NCBI RefSeq assembly: GCF_006345805.1
Contig: NW_021835095.1
Coordinates: 1 to 42,600, forward strand
DNA from: Octopus sinensis
Lineage: Eukaryota
Length of the DNA: 42,600 bases
Reading direction: 5' to 3'
This document shows positions 24,600 to 36,409 of this stretch, piece after piece (position 1 is the stretch's first letter; each line of letters starts with the position of its first letter). The position numbers were made by a program, and so were the translations under genes. The notes under the pieces are model-generated. The model was not told where the DNA came from, ran no database searches, and was given only the letters and a program-made list of their open reading frames with translations.

Positions 24600-24675
<76 letters not shown>

Positions 24676-24826
24676 GTATTGTATATAATATAAATATATA
24701 TCTTAGTGCATAGACAGATACAAAGATATAGCTTTATGTATGTGTTTGTATATTTAATACGCCACAAATAACATAAGCGTGTGTGTGTATGTGTGTGCAT
24801 TTGTGTGTGTATGTGTGTGTGTGTGT

Positions 24827-24865
<39 letters not shown>
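23727..24865. repeat. (TATC)n, (TA)n, (TAA)n and (TG)n microsatellite cluster
   Basis: Direct reading. Confidence 0.9.
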
Positions 24866-24868
<3 letters not shown>

Positions 24869-25427
24869 TATGCATTGCTATCAGTTATTTCCTATATAAT
24901 ACTGAACTTTGTAATAGAATTAATAGAGATGTGTAAGTAAGAAGCTGTCGTAGTTTATGTCTATGCAATGAATATGGCCTAATGAGTCCCTGATATTTCT
25001 TCGGAATGTTGGATGGTGGAACTGATGTTGGTGCTGCTGGTGAGGCTGTTGTTGTTGTTGTTGCTGCTGTTGTTGTTTTTGTTCTTGTTGTTGTTGTTGG
25101 TGGTGGTGCTAACGGTGGAAACGATGGTGCTGGCGATGGGTAGTGGAGGGAGTGACCTAGGTGTAGCAGACGTACGCTATAAAAGTATGGAGATCTCCAA
25201 AAACTGTGTGATCGTGTTGACAGACATCTTTGATGTGACGACCATCTTCATAGACACATACATACACACACACACACATACACACACAAACACACACGCA
25301 CACACACGCGCACACGCACACAAACACACATACACACACATATATATGGGCTCATAGACATATATACATATATATAAATACGTCTCTCTCTCTCTCTCCT
25401 CTCTCTCCTCTCTCTCTCTCTCTTCCT

Positions 25428-25463
<36 letters not shown>

Positions 25464-25524
25464 CATACATATATATACATAATATACTTATATATATATT
25501 TAATGTCTGTGTGTGTGTAATATA

Positions 25525-25559
<35 letters not shown>

Positions 25560-25644
25560 CGTATAAACACACACACACACACACTCACACATGCTTACCC
25601 ACACTCACACACTCATATATGTGTGTATATATACGTACATGTCA

Positions 25645-25713
<69 letters not shown>

Positions 25714-25877
25714 ATATATATATATTGTTTGCTTATTTTTTGGGGGGGATTTTGTAAATTTCGATTTCACTTTCCTTCATAATTTCATAATCTTGTCATT
25801 CGGCTCTCTGTCTGGCTGACTGTTTGGCTGGTTGGTTGGGGGATTCTATATTTATCATCACATCTCTCTCCCAAATC

Positions 25878-25879
25878 CT

Positions 25880-25926
<47 letters not shown>

Positions 25927-26345
25927 TTCTTCTTCTTCTTCTTCCTCCTCTTCTTCTTCTTCTTCTTCTTCTTCTTCATCTTCATCTTCTTCTTCTTCTT
26001 CTTCTTCTTCTTCTTCTTCTTCTTCTTCTCCTCCTCCTCCTCCTTTCCGCCTCCTCCTCCCCTCCTTCACCTTCTTTTTCTCCACCTCCTCCACCTTCTC
26101 TACCCCCTTTCCTCTACCTCTTTTTCCTCTACCTCTTTTCCTCTACCTCCTTCTCTTCCACCTCTTCCTTCTCCTTCACCTCCTCTTCTCTTTCTACTTC
26201 CTCTCCTCCTTCACGACCCTCCTCCGCTTCTCTTCCTCCTTTGCCTCTTTTTCTCTCCCACTTCTTCCCCTGCCTCCCCTTCTCTCAACAACCTCCCTTT
26301 CCCTCCTCCTTCTCCCCATATCTGTCTGTCCCCTCTCTCTCTCTC
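25878..26345. repeat. (TTC)n array followed by long polypyrimidine tract
   Basis: About 150 bp of TTC repeats with few interruptions, then about 320 bp that is almost purely C/T. Confidence 0.95.
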
Positions 26346-26657
26346 ACACACACACACAAAGTTCGTAATGGTGGATTGACAAATTCCTTAACCTGACAAA
26401 ATGGCAAAATTCCTTGTAGTATTTAGTCACGTCATCTCGTGAGTGTTCAAATCCCAACGTCTTTTTTCGTTTTTTTGCTTGAAATCTCACGAACAATCCA
26501 CATCACGTCGCTCTAACAGACGAGGCATAAGATCGATGCTGCTCATCAGAGAAACTACACTATTACTCTCTTCACACTTCTTTACAAGACTTCTGTTACC
26601 ATTTCCCTTCAGGTGTTCTAATTTCATTTGATGACGATGATGATGACGATGATAATA

Positions 26658-26744
<87 letters not shown>

Positions 26745-26745
<1 letters not shown>

Positions 26746-27310
26746 ACAGACACGACAGAATTTGGGACCTACATACACTGGAAGCTATGCCAATACTATG
26801 GAATAACAACAGAAAAAAGATGGTATAGGCACATACCAGGAAAGGTCACAGAAAACGATAAAGCTACCATACTCTGGGATATGCCAATACACACAGATAG
26901 AGAAATTAAGGCAAGAAGAAAAAAAGTGCTCTCTAATTGATGTATCAATATCAGCAGATGACAACGTTTCTCTAAAAGAAATGGAGAAACTTTCAACATA
27001 CAAAGACTTGGAAATAGAGGTAACTCGAATGTGGAATCTAAAAACAGAAACAATTCCTATCATAGTAGGCGCATTAGGTATGATAAAAAAAAAATATTCA
27101 GACAAATACATAACAAAATCTCCAGGACTTGCAAGTATTATATAGCATACAGAAAATAGCACAATTAGGCACCGCACACATCCTACGTACAACACTTTCT
27201 ATACATTGAAGATTAGAACACCACAACAAATTACAGCACATACCCAATGCACATAGAGCTGCGCTCCGTAGTACTGTGAAAGCACGTGATAAAAATAAGA
27301 CTACTGCATA
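26745..27310 (+). mobile_element. R4/Dong non-LTR retrotransposon 3' fragment (RLE endonuclease + 3' UTR)
   Basis: HRHDRI..., WYRHIPGKVTENDKATILWDMPIHTDREIKA, LIDVSISADDNVSLKEMEKLSTYKDLEIEVTRMW..TIPIIVGALG; bounded by (TAA)n and (TAG)n/(TAA)n. Confidence 0.85.
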
Positions 27311-27317
27311 GTAGTAA

Positions 27318-27433
<116 letters not shown>

Positions 27434-27437
27434 TAAT

Positions 27438-28512
27438 CACCCACGTGCAGACACTGATTGCCTATACATGAAGGGAGTAAATGGAAGATGGGGTCTGATA
27501 AGTATGGAAGACTGCGAGCGTATCGAACTCGAGAGCTTAGTAAGATACCCAGCCCAAAGTAAGGAAACCTTGCTAGTGACAGTTAGGAACGAGAAAGTAT
27601 TGAGAGTAGAGAAAAAAGGGAAAACAAAGGAAGAAGTTCAAAAAGGACATGAAGAATTACACAAGAAGGGACTACACAATCAATTCCATGTAGCCACAAC
27701 AAAAGTTGCTGGTAAAAATAGGTGGAATTGGCTGATGAAAGGAATCTTAAAAAAGAAACCGAAGGCACTATATTGGCAGCGCAAGACCAAGCTTTGACCA
27801 CGAACTGGAGGGTCAACCTGAGGGATGAGCAAGTATCTCCGCTGTGTCGCATCTGCAACAGAGTGAATGAAACCATTGCCCATGTCACGAACGAATGCAC
27901 TAGACTTGCCCAAAACCACTACAAGTTGTGGCAACACAACCAGGTAGCGGAAGTGCAACATTGGAAACTTTGCGAAAAGTGGGGGCTAGGGAGAGGCAAG
28001 ATGTGGTATGAGCACAAACTGCAGAATGTGGAAGAGTCAGAGACTAGCAATATCCTCTGGGATTTCCCAATCTAAACAGACTAGGTGCTAGAGCATAACA
28101 GGCCGGACCTAGTGGTGGTGGATAAGGTGCACCAGATATGCTATATAGTTTATGTTGCATGTCCCTTTGACCCACAAATAATCAAGAAGGAAGACGAAAA
28201 GATAGATAGATACAACCCGCTAAGTACGAAATGGCCCGGCTATGGAAAATGAAGAAGGTGAAGATAGTGCCAATTATTGTTGGATCTTTGAGAATAGTAT
28301 CAAAAGGCATCAAGAGGAATATAAAGGAAATTGGAATAGAGTGTCCAGTAGAACTGTTATAAAGGGTTTACCTCTTTGGCACGGACAGAATAATCAGGAA
28401 AGTATTAGATAGCTGAATAGAATGAATGGCATAGTACCGTAGGCTGTAGGAAGTAAGCCCGCTACGCATGCAAGACTCCAGGAGCTCCAACAAAACCTGT
28501 GATAAAGAGAAA
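27438..28512 (+). mobile_element. R4/Dong non-LTR retrotransposon, 5'-truncated (CCHC + RLE)
   Basis: HPRADTDCLY..GRWGL, KKETEGTILAAQDQAL, CRIC...ETIAHVTNEC (CCHC), ILWDFPI*TD*VLEHNRPDLVVVDK, VPIIVGSL, GTDRIIRKVLD; it starts inside (TAA)n and ends in (CAA/TAA)n. Confidence 0.88.
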
Positions 28513-28653
28513 ACAACAACAATAACAACAACAACAACAACAATAATAATGATAATAGAAACCTTTAGTGATTTGTTATTGCCTACTTTTAAGTAAAGAA
28601 CAACCGCAAATAGAGCAGCAAAAATCAAAATAATAATAATAATAATAATAATG

Positions 28654-28716
<63 letters not shown>

Positions 28717-29857
28717 GTTTCAAATTTTGGCATTAGGCCAGCAACATCGAAGGAGGAGGTAAATCGATTATCAATACTATTACCATACTAACCTGAGTTC
28801 TGTTGCACAGCTGCTGCAATGTATTAGTCGACTCCATCGTGAAGTTCGACCGACTGCCTTCTTTTGGTCAGGAAGGGTAGGCATCAGGAAGGGTGGCTCT
28901 GGCGAAAGAATTGTGTGATAGCACCGACTGAAAAGGATGAAGACATATACTTTACTTTTTGGTCAAGGCTTCATCGAGTTTTTCATGTTCCTCTTGGAAA
29001 GGAAAGCGAAGGTGGAGAGGGAGATGCTGCCGCAGCCTCACCCAATAGATTTGTAAAAAGGTAGGAGAATCTAGTGAGAATGGTACAAATGAAAGGATCT
29101 ACTCTAAGCTTACGCCTGCAGGCTGAAGATCACGGAGGAGAAACACTTGCCTTGTTGCTCTTGGTGTGCCGCACAACTCGGGATTTGCCAGGCTCTTTGG
29201 TCGCCCTAGAAGTCCTCCTGTGCCAGGAGATTGCATCATCCTCATCCTCCTCATCATCATAATCATCATTATCTTCATCATCATGATCATGATCATGTTA
29301 ATACTGTGTAAGTTTTTCTTTTTTAAATCATTCCATTCTATGTAAAACCCAGACTTTAAGTATTTCTTTGTATCGTTCTTCTCATCTGTCACCATGGTAG
29401 CAAATAAAAGAAATCCTTGTCACCATCATCGACATCGTCATCGTCATCGTCTTCGATGTCGCCTTCATCATCATCATCATCATCATCATCATTATTATCG
29501 CTGTTGTTGTCCCTATTGTAACTTCATTATTTATTATTTATTTATATAATATATCTTTATTTAATGTAGTTGCAAATACCAAAATATTTACCCTTTGAGA
29601 TCCTGCAATGCTGCAGTTAGACAGCAGAATATGTTTCTACTTCAAATTAAACTGGCTTTATGCAAATTAGCTTCTCGGACAGGAAATTACATAGACATAA
29701 TGATATCGAGTTACAAATGTGATGTTTATTGCAAGAACTTTCAAAGTTCCTATGTTGAAATTTCTTACAGAATTTGGTAAACTACCATTAAATTTCATTT
29801 TATTTCATTTTTATATTTTAACTTGTATTGTTATTGTTGTTGTTGTTGTTGTTGTTG

Positions 29858-29940
<83 letters not shown>

Positions 29941-30267
29941 TTCTTTTATTGTTCATGATTTGAGAAATAATACACACTAAAAGTTTCCTTTCCTCAGAAA
30001 GAATTAGATACATCTCGGAAAGCTTGCACGAAAATTGTTCCAGACTAGGAAATATTGAGTGTATATTAATGAAGGTAAGGTCGAGGAGACAGAGATATGT
30101 TAGCAAACGATTCCAATACGTCCATCTTACAACCTCTTCTATTATGGCTACATACCAGAAGAAAACATCATGACTGTCGTTGATAAAAGATAGTGATAAG
30201 GCAGTCTTGATACGAGAATCCGTCGACAGTGGGTTTATCCTAGACACAGTAAAAGCCGTTTAATACA

Positions 30268-30500
30268 TATTTCTTTACTACCCACAAGGGGCTAAACACA
30301 GAGGGGACAAACAAGGACAGACAAACGGATTGAGTCGATTATATCGACCCCAGTGCGTAACTGGTACTTATTTAATCGACCCCAAAAGGATAAAAGGCAA
30401 AGTCGACCTCGGCGGAATTTGAACTCAGAACGTAGCGACAGACGAAATACTGCTGAGCACTTCGTTCGGCGTGCTAACGTTTCTGCCAGCTCGCCGCCTT
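30268..30500 (-). mobile_element. Full-length SINE family B with 18-bp target-site duplication
   Basis: TAAAAGCCGTTTAATACA at 30250-30267 and 30501-30518; intact head GGCGGCGAGCTGGCAGAA and B box GAGTTCAAATTCC. Confidence 0.92.
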
Positions 30501-31144
30501 TAAAAGCCGTTTAATACAGCTCATATAAAGCTTTGTCTTTTATTTTACAGGTGTTTGCATTGCTATCCTTTGGGATGTGTTTATACATGTTCCTGTCAGC
30601 AATCTATCAACTTGAAAGCGCCTGACTGAATGTTTAAGCTGTTTGGATTATAATCATAAAACGTGGGTTCAAGTCCTGGATAAAAAAAAATTCTTTCACA
30701 TTGTTCCATTTCTCTATCTGCTGGCGATTAAATAAGTATAAAAATGTGTAAAATTTAACCTTCGTGTCCACCACTACAACACTTAATGGATCCTCATTAT
30801 TCATCCGTCAAATGTAAATAATGTAAATAATGAACACCTGCTGTGACTCCAGTAATTTTCTTTCATGTAAATAAATGTTTATGATAATTTTTAAAATTTA
30901 TCCAAAAAACCTTATTTAGCTGTTATTTTTAGCACACAACCACCTCAATGCTAAATGACAAAAAGAAACCATAATAGAGGCGAAGTTAATGGAACTTGTT
31001 GCCATAATCACACAGAACACAAAACATTGTCAAATTTGTCAACACGTGCTTCCTCGCAGATAAAAGACTTTTCAAAGACTGTTACTATGGCAACAAGCAA
31101 AAGAGTTCTTATGTTCTGCTTCTTATTATCGAAATAGCCATGAA

Positions 31145-31334
31145 TGTGTCCGTGGCTTACAATTGGGTAAAAATTACCAAAATTTTCAAACTTTGATTAC
31201 TAACTCTTTATTTATTGATTTATAACGAAGATCACTGTCACGACACTAATTAACCTATAAAAGTGTATCATTACACTGAATATGAAGTCAATTCGAACAG
31301 AAAATTTACGCTGGCAACCAAACAGAAAAGATCC
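31145..31334. mobile_element. DNA transposon terminal fragment ending GAAAAGATCC
   Basis: Ends in the same terminal decamer as the foldback element at 37946-38937; inner boundary approximate. Confidence 0.45.
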
Positions 31335-31364
31335 ATTTTTAAACTAATAAATGTCTTTTAAGCA

Positions 31365-32050
31365 ATGTTTTGACTCTTATTTCTAGCAACTGCAGTTGCT
31401 TTGCTCGTAGCTTTTGAATATTTAATTTGCTCGCGTATGTTTTAATATTTTGTACTGTTTACTTTGCTCATGTATATTTTAATGTCTTGACTGTTATTTC
31501 TAGTAACTGCAGTTGGTTTGCTCGTAGCTTTTGAATATTTAATTTGCTCGCGTATGTTTTAATATTTTGTACTGTTTACTTTGCTCATGTATATTTTAAT
31601 GTCTTGACTGTTATTTCTAGTAACTGCAGTTGGTTGCTCGTAGCTTTTGAATATTTAATTTGCTCGCGTATGTTTTAATATTTTGTACTGTTTACTTTGC
31701 TCATGTATATTTTAATGTCTTGACTGTTATTTCTAGTAACTGCAGTTGGTTTGCTCGTAGCTTTTGAATATTTAATTTGCTCGCGTATGTTTTAATATTT
31801 TGTACTGTTTACTTTGCTCATGTATATTTTAATGTCTTGACTGTTATTTCTAGTAACTGCAGTTGGTTTGCTCGTAGCTTTTGAATATTTAATTTGCTCG
31901 CGTATGTTTTAATATTTTGTACTGTTTACTTTGCTCATGTATATTTTAATGTATTGACTGTTATTTCTAGTAACTGCAGTTGGTTTGCGCGTAGCTTTTA
32001 AATGTTTAATTTGCTCGCGTATGTTTTAATGTATATCACTGCTATTTCTA
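31365..32050. repeat. 117-bp tandem repeat, about 5.8 near-identical copies
   Basis: ATTTCTAG anchors recur at 31383, 31500, 31617, 31733, 31850 and 31967 (spacing 117/117/116/117/117); stops in all six frames. Confidence 0.95.
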
Positions 32051-32224
32051 ATGTTTTGACATGCCGGCGCCCCCCGCCTCCTTGCTACTGTGGCAGATGA
32101 TGGAAGTGACTGAAACCACAAATATCCAGATTTTGTTGTTAAAATCTACTACGTGCCATAAATTCGTTATAATTTTACTGTACAAAATATATTTTAACGA
32201 TTTCATTATAGGCGCGGGAGTGGC

Positions 32225-32360
32225 AAAAATTACAAAAACTTACAATTTTGTTTTCAATTTGGTTTACAATAATGTTTTCTTTTGACACATTCTACCAGTA
32301 TACGAAGTTTCAAATTGTTTAGTTAACTAGAAAATTCCGTCCATCAAAAGGAAAAGATCC
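32225..32360. mobile_element. Solo TIR related to the 992-bp foldback element
   Basis: 32270-32335 is almost identical to 38847-38912 and ends in GAAAAGATCC, directly abutting a truncated SINE. Confidence 0.75.
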
Positions 32361-32498
32361 CTGGTACTTATTTAATCGACCCCGAAAGGATGAAAGGCAA
32401 AGTTGACCTCGGCGGAATTTGAACTCAGAACGTAGCGGCAGACGAAATACCGCTAAGCATTTCGTCCGGCGTTCTAACGTTTCTGCCAGCTCGCCGCT
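32361..32498 (-). mobile_element. SINE family B 5' half
   Basis: Near-identical to 30361-30498; its 3' half is replaced by the TIR ending at 32360. Confidence 0.85.
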
Positions 32499-32751
32499 TT
32501 ACCACACAACGACAGGATGTTTTAAACATCAAATGGTTGTACGGTCCACCCTACTAAAGCAGGAATCAAAGGAGTCCATAGGAAAAAAAGTGGTTGAGAA
32601 CCTCTGGACTAAGCCCTCGATTGCGGTTCCCTAGCATAGGGCCACAATCTAATGATTGAAATGTGTGAATAAGAGGGACATGTACCAAATTAGAAAAGGC
32701 CATAAAATATTCTCACTAGACACACACGCACATACACACACACACACACAC

Positions 32752-32789
<38 letters not shown>

Positions 32790-33211
32790 CAAGCAAGTGT
32801 ACGCGCACAGATACATACCTACACACTCACACATACATACATCTCTCGTGAGGTATGGTGCTAAGCATGTCGTCCTTGTTAAATGACCAATGAGAAAAAA
32901 GCACTCTTGGTCTTTAAAAATCGTTTTATTTATTAGTGATCTTTGACCTCGCTTTTCAAACTCTATTGACCTTACCGCGTCTTTCATTCACCACAATACA
33001 GAGCAACAGAGCTCTGTTCCACCTGAAATACCACAAGAGACTTCGAACGAAACTGAACCTTCATGTATCTCGTGGTCACAACGGACGTCTTTTTGTAGCT
33101 CTCTCTCCATCTCTCAAACACATATAATCCCCTCTCTCGCTTCTTGTCTGTTTCTTCCTCACTCTTCCTCTTCCCACACTCTAGCTTTCTCTTTCTACCT
33201 TGATCTCTGCT

Positions 33212-33241
33212 GTCTTTCTTTCTTTCTTTCTTTCTTTCTTA

Positions 33242-33300
<59 letters not shown>

Positions 33301-33307
33301 TTCTTTC
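33212..33307. repeat. (TTTC)n microsatellite
   Basis: Direct reading. Confidence 0.95.
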
Positions 33308-33854
33308 TCACACACTCACGCACGTACCCATTCTCTTTTCCCCCTCTCTCTCATCCTCAGTCGTTGTCAGTCTTGTCTTTTTCTTCCTGCCTTCATTTCT
33401 CCCTTCTTTTTTTCTTTCTTACTCTCTCCCCTTCCCTAGCTTCTTTCTCTTTCTCCCTTTCGCTCTATCTCTCTGTCTCCATCTGTCTGTCTGTTTCTCT
33501 CTCTCTCTTCGTATTTTCTCTAAATTTGTTGTTCACATATCTGAACAATCCATCGCTGCCACCTCCGCTTTCCATCCATGACATCAACCAATCAAATTAA
33601 GCAGATGTAGACTCTGCGCATGTATTCACCCTCTCCCTACTAGAAAAAGCAGTCGAATGTTTCTCAAATCATAAGCTGTCGTCTTCGAAAAGTGACACGC
33701 AGGATCATGTTGTCTTGGATTCTCTGTATAGCGGAATAGGATGTGATTGTCATGGCTGGAGACTTTTGGCTGAAGGTTTGCTCCGTCGAAGCTGATCAAC
33801 AACTACAAAAAAAACCCCACCCACCCACACAAACAATATTCTGTTATTCTGTTA

Positions 33855-34476
33855 TTCTGTTGTCTCAGTTATTAGACTGCGGCCATGCTGGAGCACCACC
33901 TTAAAGGGTTTTCGTCGAAGATATCGACCCCAGGACTTATTTTTTGTAAGCCTACTATTTATTCTATCAGCCTCTTTTGTCGAACCGCTAAGTTACAGGG
34001 ACGTAAACACACCAACATCGGTTGTGGAGCGATGGTAGGGGACAAACACAGACAGACAGATAGACAGACAAACACACACACACACACACACACACACAGC
34101 TGAAATTTCTAGAAAAACAAAAGACAGGTCTATGAACAACAAGCAAGTGTATTAGTTTGACACTCGGGAAAATGAAAAAGTCTTTTACGTTTCGAGCCTA
34201 CGCTCTTCAACAGAAAGGAATAAGAGAAAATATACAGAGGGAGAATGAAAAAATTTTGCAGATTTCACCGGTCCAGCACGGCGAATATATATTTGTAAGT
34301 GTTTGTATGTATTCGATGGGCTTCTTTCAGTTTCCATCCATCAAATCCACTCACAAGAATTTGGTCGGCCTAACGCTATAGTAGAAGACACTTGCCAAAG
34401 GTGCCAAGCAGTGGGATTGAACTCGGAACCATTTGGTTGGCTAGCAAGCTTCTTGCCACACAGCCACTCCTGCGCC
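33855..34476 (-). mobile_element. SINE family A with nested hammerhead-bearing insert
   Basis: Tail 33855-34050, (CA)n, insert 34100-34285, head 34314-34476. Confidence 0.8.
34182..34217 (-). ncRNA. Minimal hammerhead-like motif (core variant CTGTTGA)
   Basis: Minus strand: CTTT-CTGTTGA-A-GAGC-GTAG-GCTC-GAAA-CG-TA-AAAG. Same stem II as 23584 with a different loop; 4-bp stem I; palindromic ACGT stem III. Confidence 0.55.
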
Positions 34477-34727
34477 TATTATTAGGAAATCTAATATAAA
34501 TTTAATGCAGGTTCCCTAAAGTATATGATGCTGTCACTGTAGTTAATGAACGAATATAATTACATTTTGTTTATTTCCCCACTTCGCACAGGTTGACTAA
34601 ACGATGGTACCTAAGTTTGGAACCTTATTTAAATGCATTGATTCCTTGCTTTGTGTGTATGTATCCGTGCACACGCACACACACGTATACGATCATCATG
34701 TGATATGAGAGGAAGTAAATTCTGTTA

Positions 34728-35050
34728 GTGAGGGTGAGTAGCTCAATGGTTAAGGATATTCGGTTCACGATCGTAACGTCGTAAGTTCGATACCCGGTAG
34801 CGCGTTCTGTCCTTCAGCTAGACACTTTATTTCACTTTGCCCCAGTCCACTCTGCTGGCAAAAATGAATAGTACCTGTAATACATAAGGTCAGCCTTACT
34901 GCATCCCGTGTCACGTTGAATCTCTCCGAGGACTACGTAAACGGTACTCGTGCCTGTGAAGTGCTCAGCCACGTGCTTGTTAATTTCATGAGCAAGCTGT
35001 TCCGTTGATCGGACCAACTAGAACCCTCGTCATCGTAACCGACGGAGTAC
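34728..35050 (+). mobile_element. tRNA-derived SINE, family C (second subfamily)
   Basis: Colinear with 15167-15490 from head to CGTAACCGACGGAGT. Confidence 0.85.
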
Positions 35051-35091
35051 CAGTTACTGTAAGTTGATCCAGTAAAGCGTTTATATATATA

Positions 35092-35132
<41 letters not shown>

Positions 35133-35163
35133 TTATATATATATATTATATATATATAATATA

Positions 35164-35543
35164 TCTATATATATATATTTAACGGCAGTTTGTCTGTGCG
35201 TTTTCTGTGTGTCTGTTTGCTTGTAACCTCACCCTGACCACGGCTTTCAACCGATTCTGATGAAACTTGACACACACACATAGCCCAATGTCATAATTCA
35301 AAACTAACGCAGCGAAAATTTTGAAAAGTTCCCCCAGTTCTGAAAAAAATCGATAAATTCGACATGGGGTCGAGAATCAGAAACACAAACCGCAGACTGT
35401 CTAGGGGACGCAACTCAACCTTTTTTAACTCTCAAAAGGAAATTTACCATAATTTTTTTGCTATTTTTTTGGCTATAACTCTCTAAAAATGCTTTATAGT
35501 TATTTCCCTTACAAACCTGAGCAACGCCGGGCGATACTGCTAG
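35164..35543 (+). mobile_element. Non-autonomous Helitron, about 380 bp
   Basis: A|TC start, subterminal CCTGAGCAACGCCGGG hairpin-like motif, CTAG|T end, no TSD, inserted in (TA)n. Confidence 0.75.
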
Positions 35544-35605
35544 TATATATATATATACGTAGTTGATACTTGCGTTGAGCCTCTTTAGTGTAATAGGTTG
35601 TCATA

Positions 35606-35781
35606 GTCGCAGGAGTGGCTGTGTGGTACGTAGCTTACTTACCAACCACATGGTTCTTGTTTCATTCCCACTGCGTGGCGCCTTGGGCAAGTGTCTTCTA
35701 CTATAGTCTCGGGCCGACCAAAGCCTTGTGAGTGGATTTGTTAGACGGAAACTGAAAGAAGCCCGCCGTATATATGTATAT

Positions 35782-35818
<37 letters not shown>

Positions 35819-36046
35819 GTTATGTATGTATGTATGTGTGTATATGTTGTGTGTGTCTGTGTTTGTCGCCAACATCTTCACAACCGATACTGGTGTGTTT
35901 ACGTCCCCGTAACTTAGCGATTCAGCAAAAGAGACTGATAGAATAAGTACTAGGCTTACAAAGAATAAGTTCTGGGGTCAATTTGCTCCACTGCTCCAGC
36001 ATGGCCGCGGTCAAATGACTGAAACCAGTAAAAGAGTAAAAGAGAA
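35606..36046 (+). mobile_element. tRNA-derived SINE, family A, near full length
   Basis: Head CGCAGGAGTGGCTGTGTGG, CCTTGGGCAAGTG, internal (TA)n/(TG)n, tail CCAGCATGGCCGCGGTCAAATGACTGAAAC(AGTAAAAG)n. Confidence 0.88.
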
Positions 36047-36169
36047 TACTCACATACATAACAGCTCGCTTGTTCTCCTTGTTCATTCCTGTGGACGTAT
36101 ATTATTTTCAACCGCTCGAGGCCCACTGCTTTTCATAGAAAGACTACACCGGAATCTGTTCCTTTCTAC

Positions 36170-36365
36170 CCTCTTTTACAAGTTTCAGTCATCTGGATCA
36201 CCGTCTTTAGTCGAAGAAATCGACCCCAAATTTAAATTTTGTAGCTTAGTACTTACTCTATCGGTCACTTTGGCCGAACTACTACGTTTGGGAGACAAAC
36301 AGACCAACATCCGTTGTCAAGTGATGGTGGTGGTGGTGGGGAGGCAAACACAGACACAGAGACAC
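36170..36365 (-). mobile_element. SINE family A tail fragment, degenerate
   Basis: GTTTCAGTCAT...GTCGAAGAAATCGACCCC...GCCGAACT...ACCAACATC blocks. Confidence 0.65.
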
Positions 36366-36368
36366 CCC

Positions 36369-36408
<40 letters not shown>

Positions 36409-36409
<1 letters not shown>

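Noticed and set aside
30530-30630. Strong splice acceptor TTTATTTTACAG followed by a short hydrophobic reading frame
   Set aside because: Frames stop within about 25 codons, I found no clear donor or recognisable homology, and such acceptors are common by chance in AT-rich DNA.
30788-31334. Single GGATC...GATCC transposon
   Set aside because: The ends are not inverted repeats beyond 5-6 bp and the flanks show no TSD.
31365-32050. CRISPR-like array or repeat protein
   Set aside because: The units are contiguous with no unique spacers, the context is eukaryotic with no cas genes, and there are stops in all six frames.
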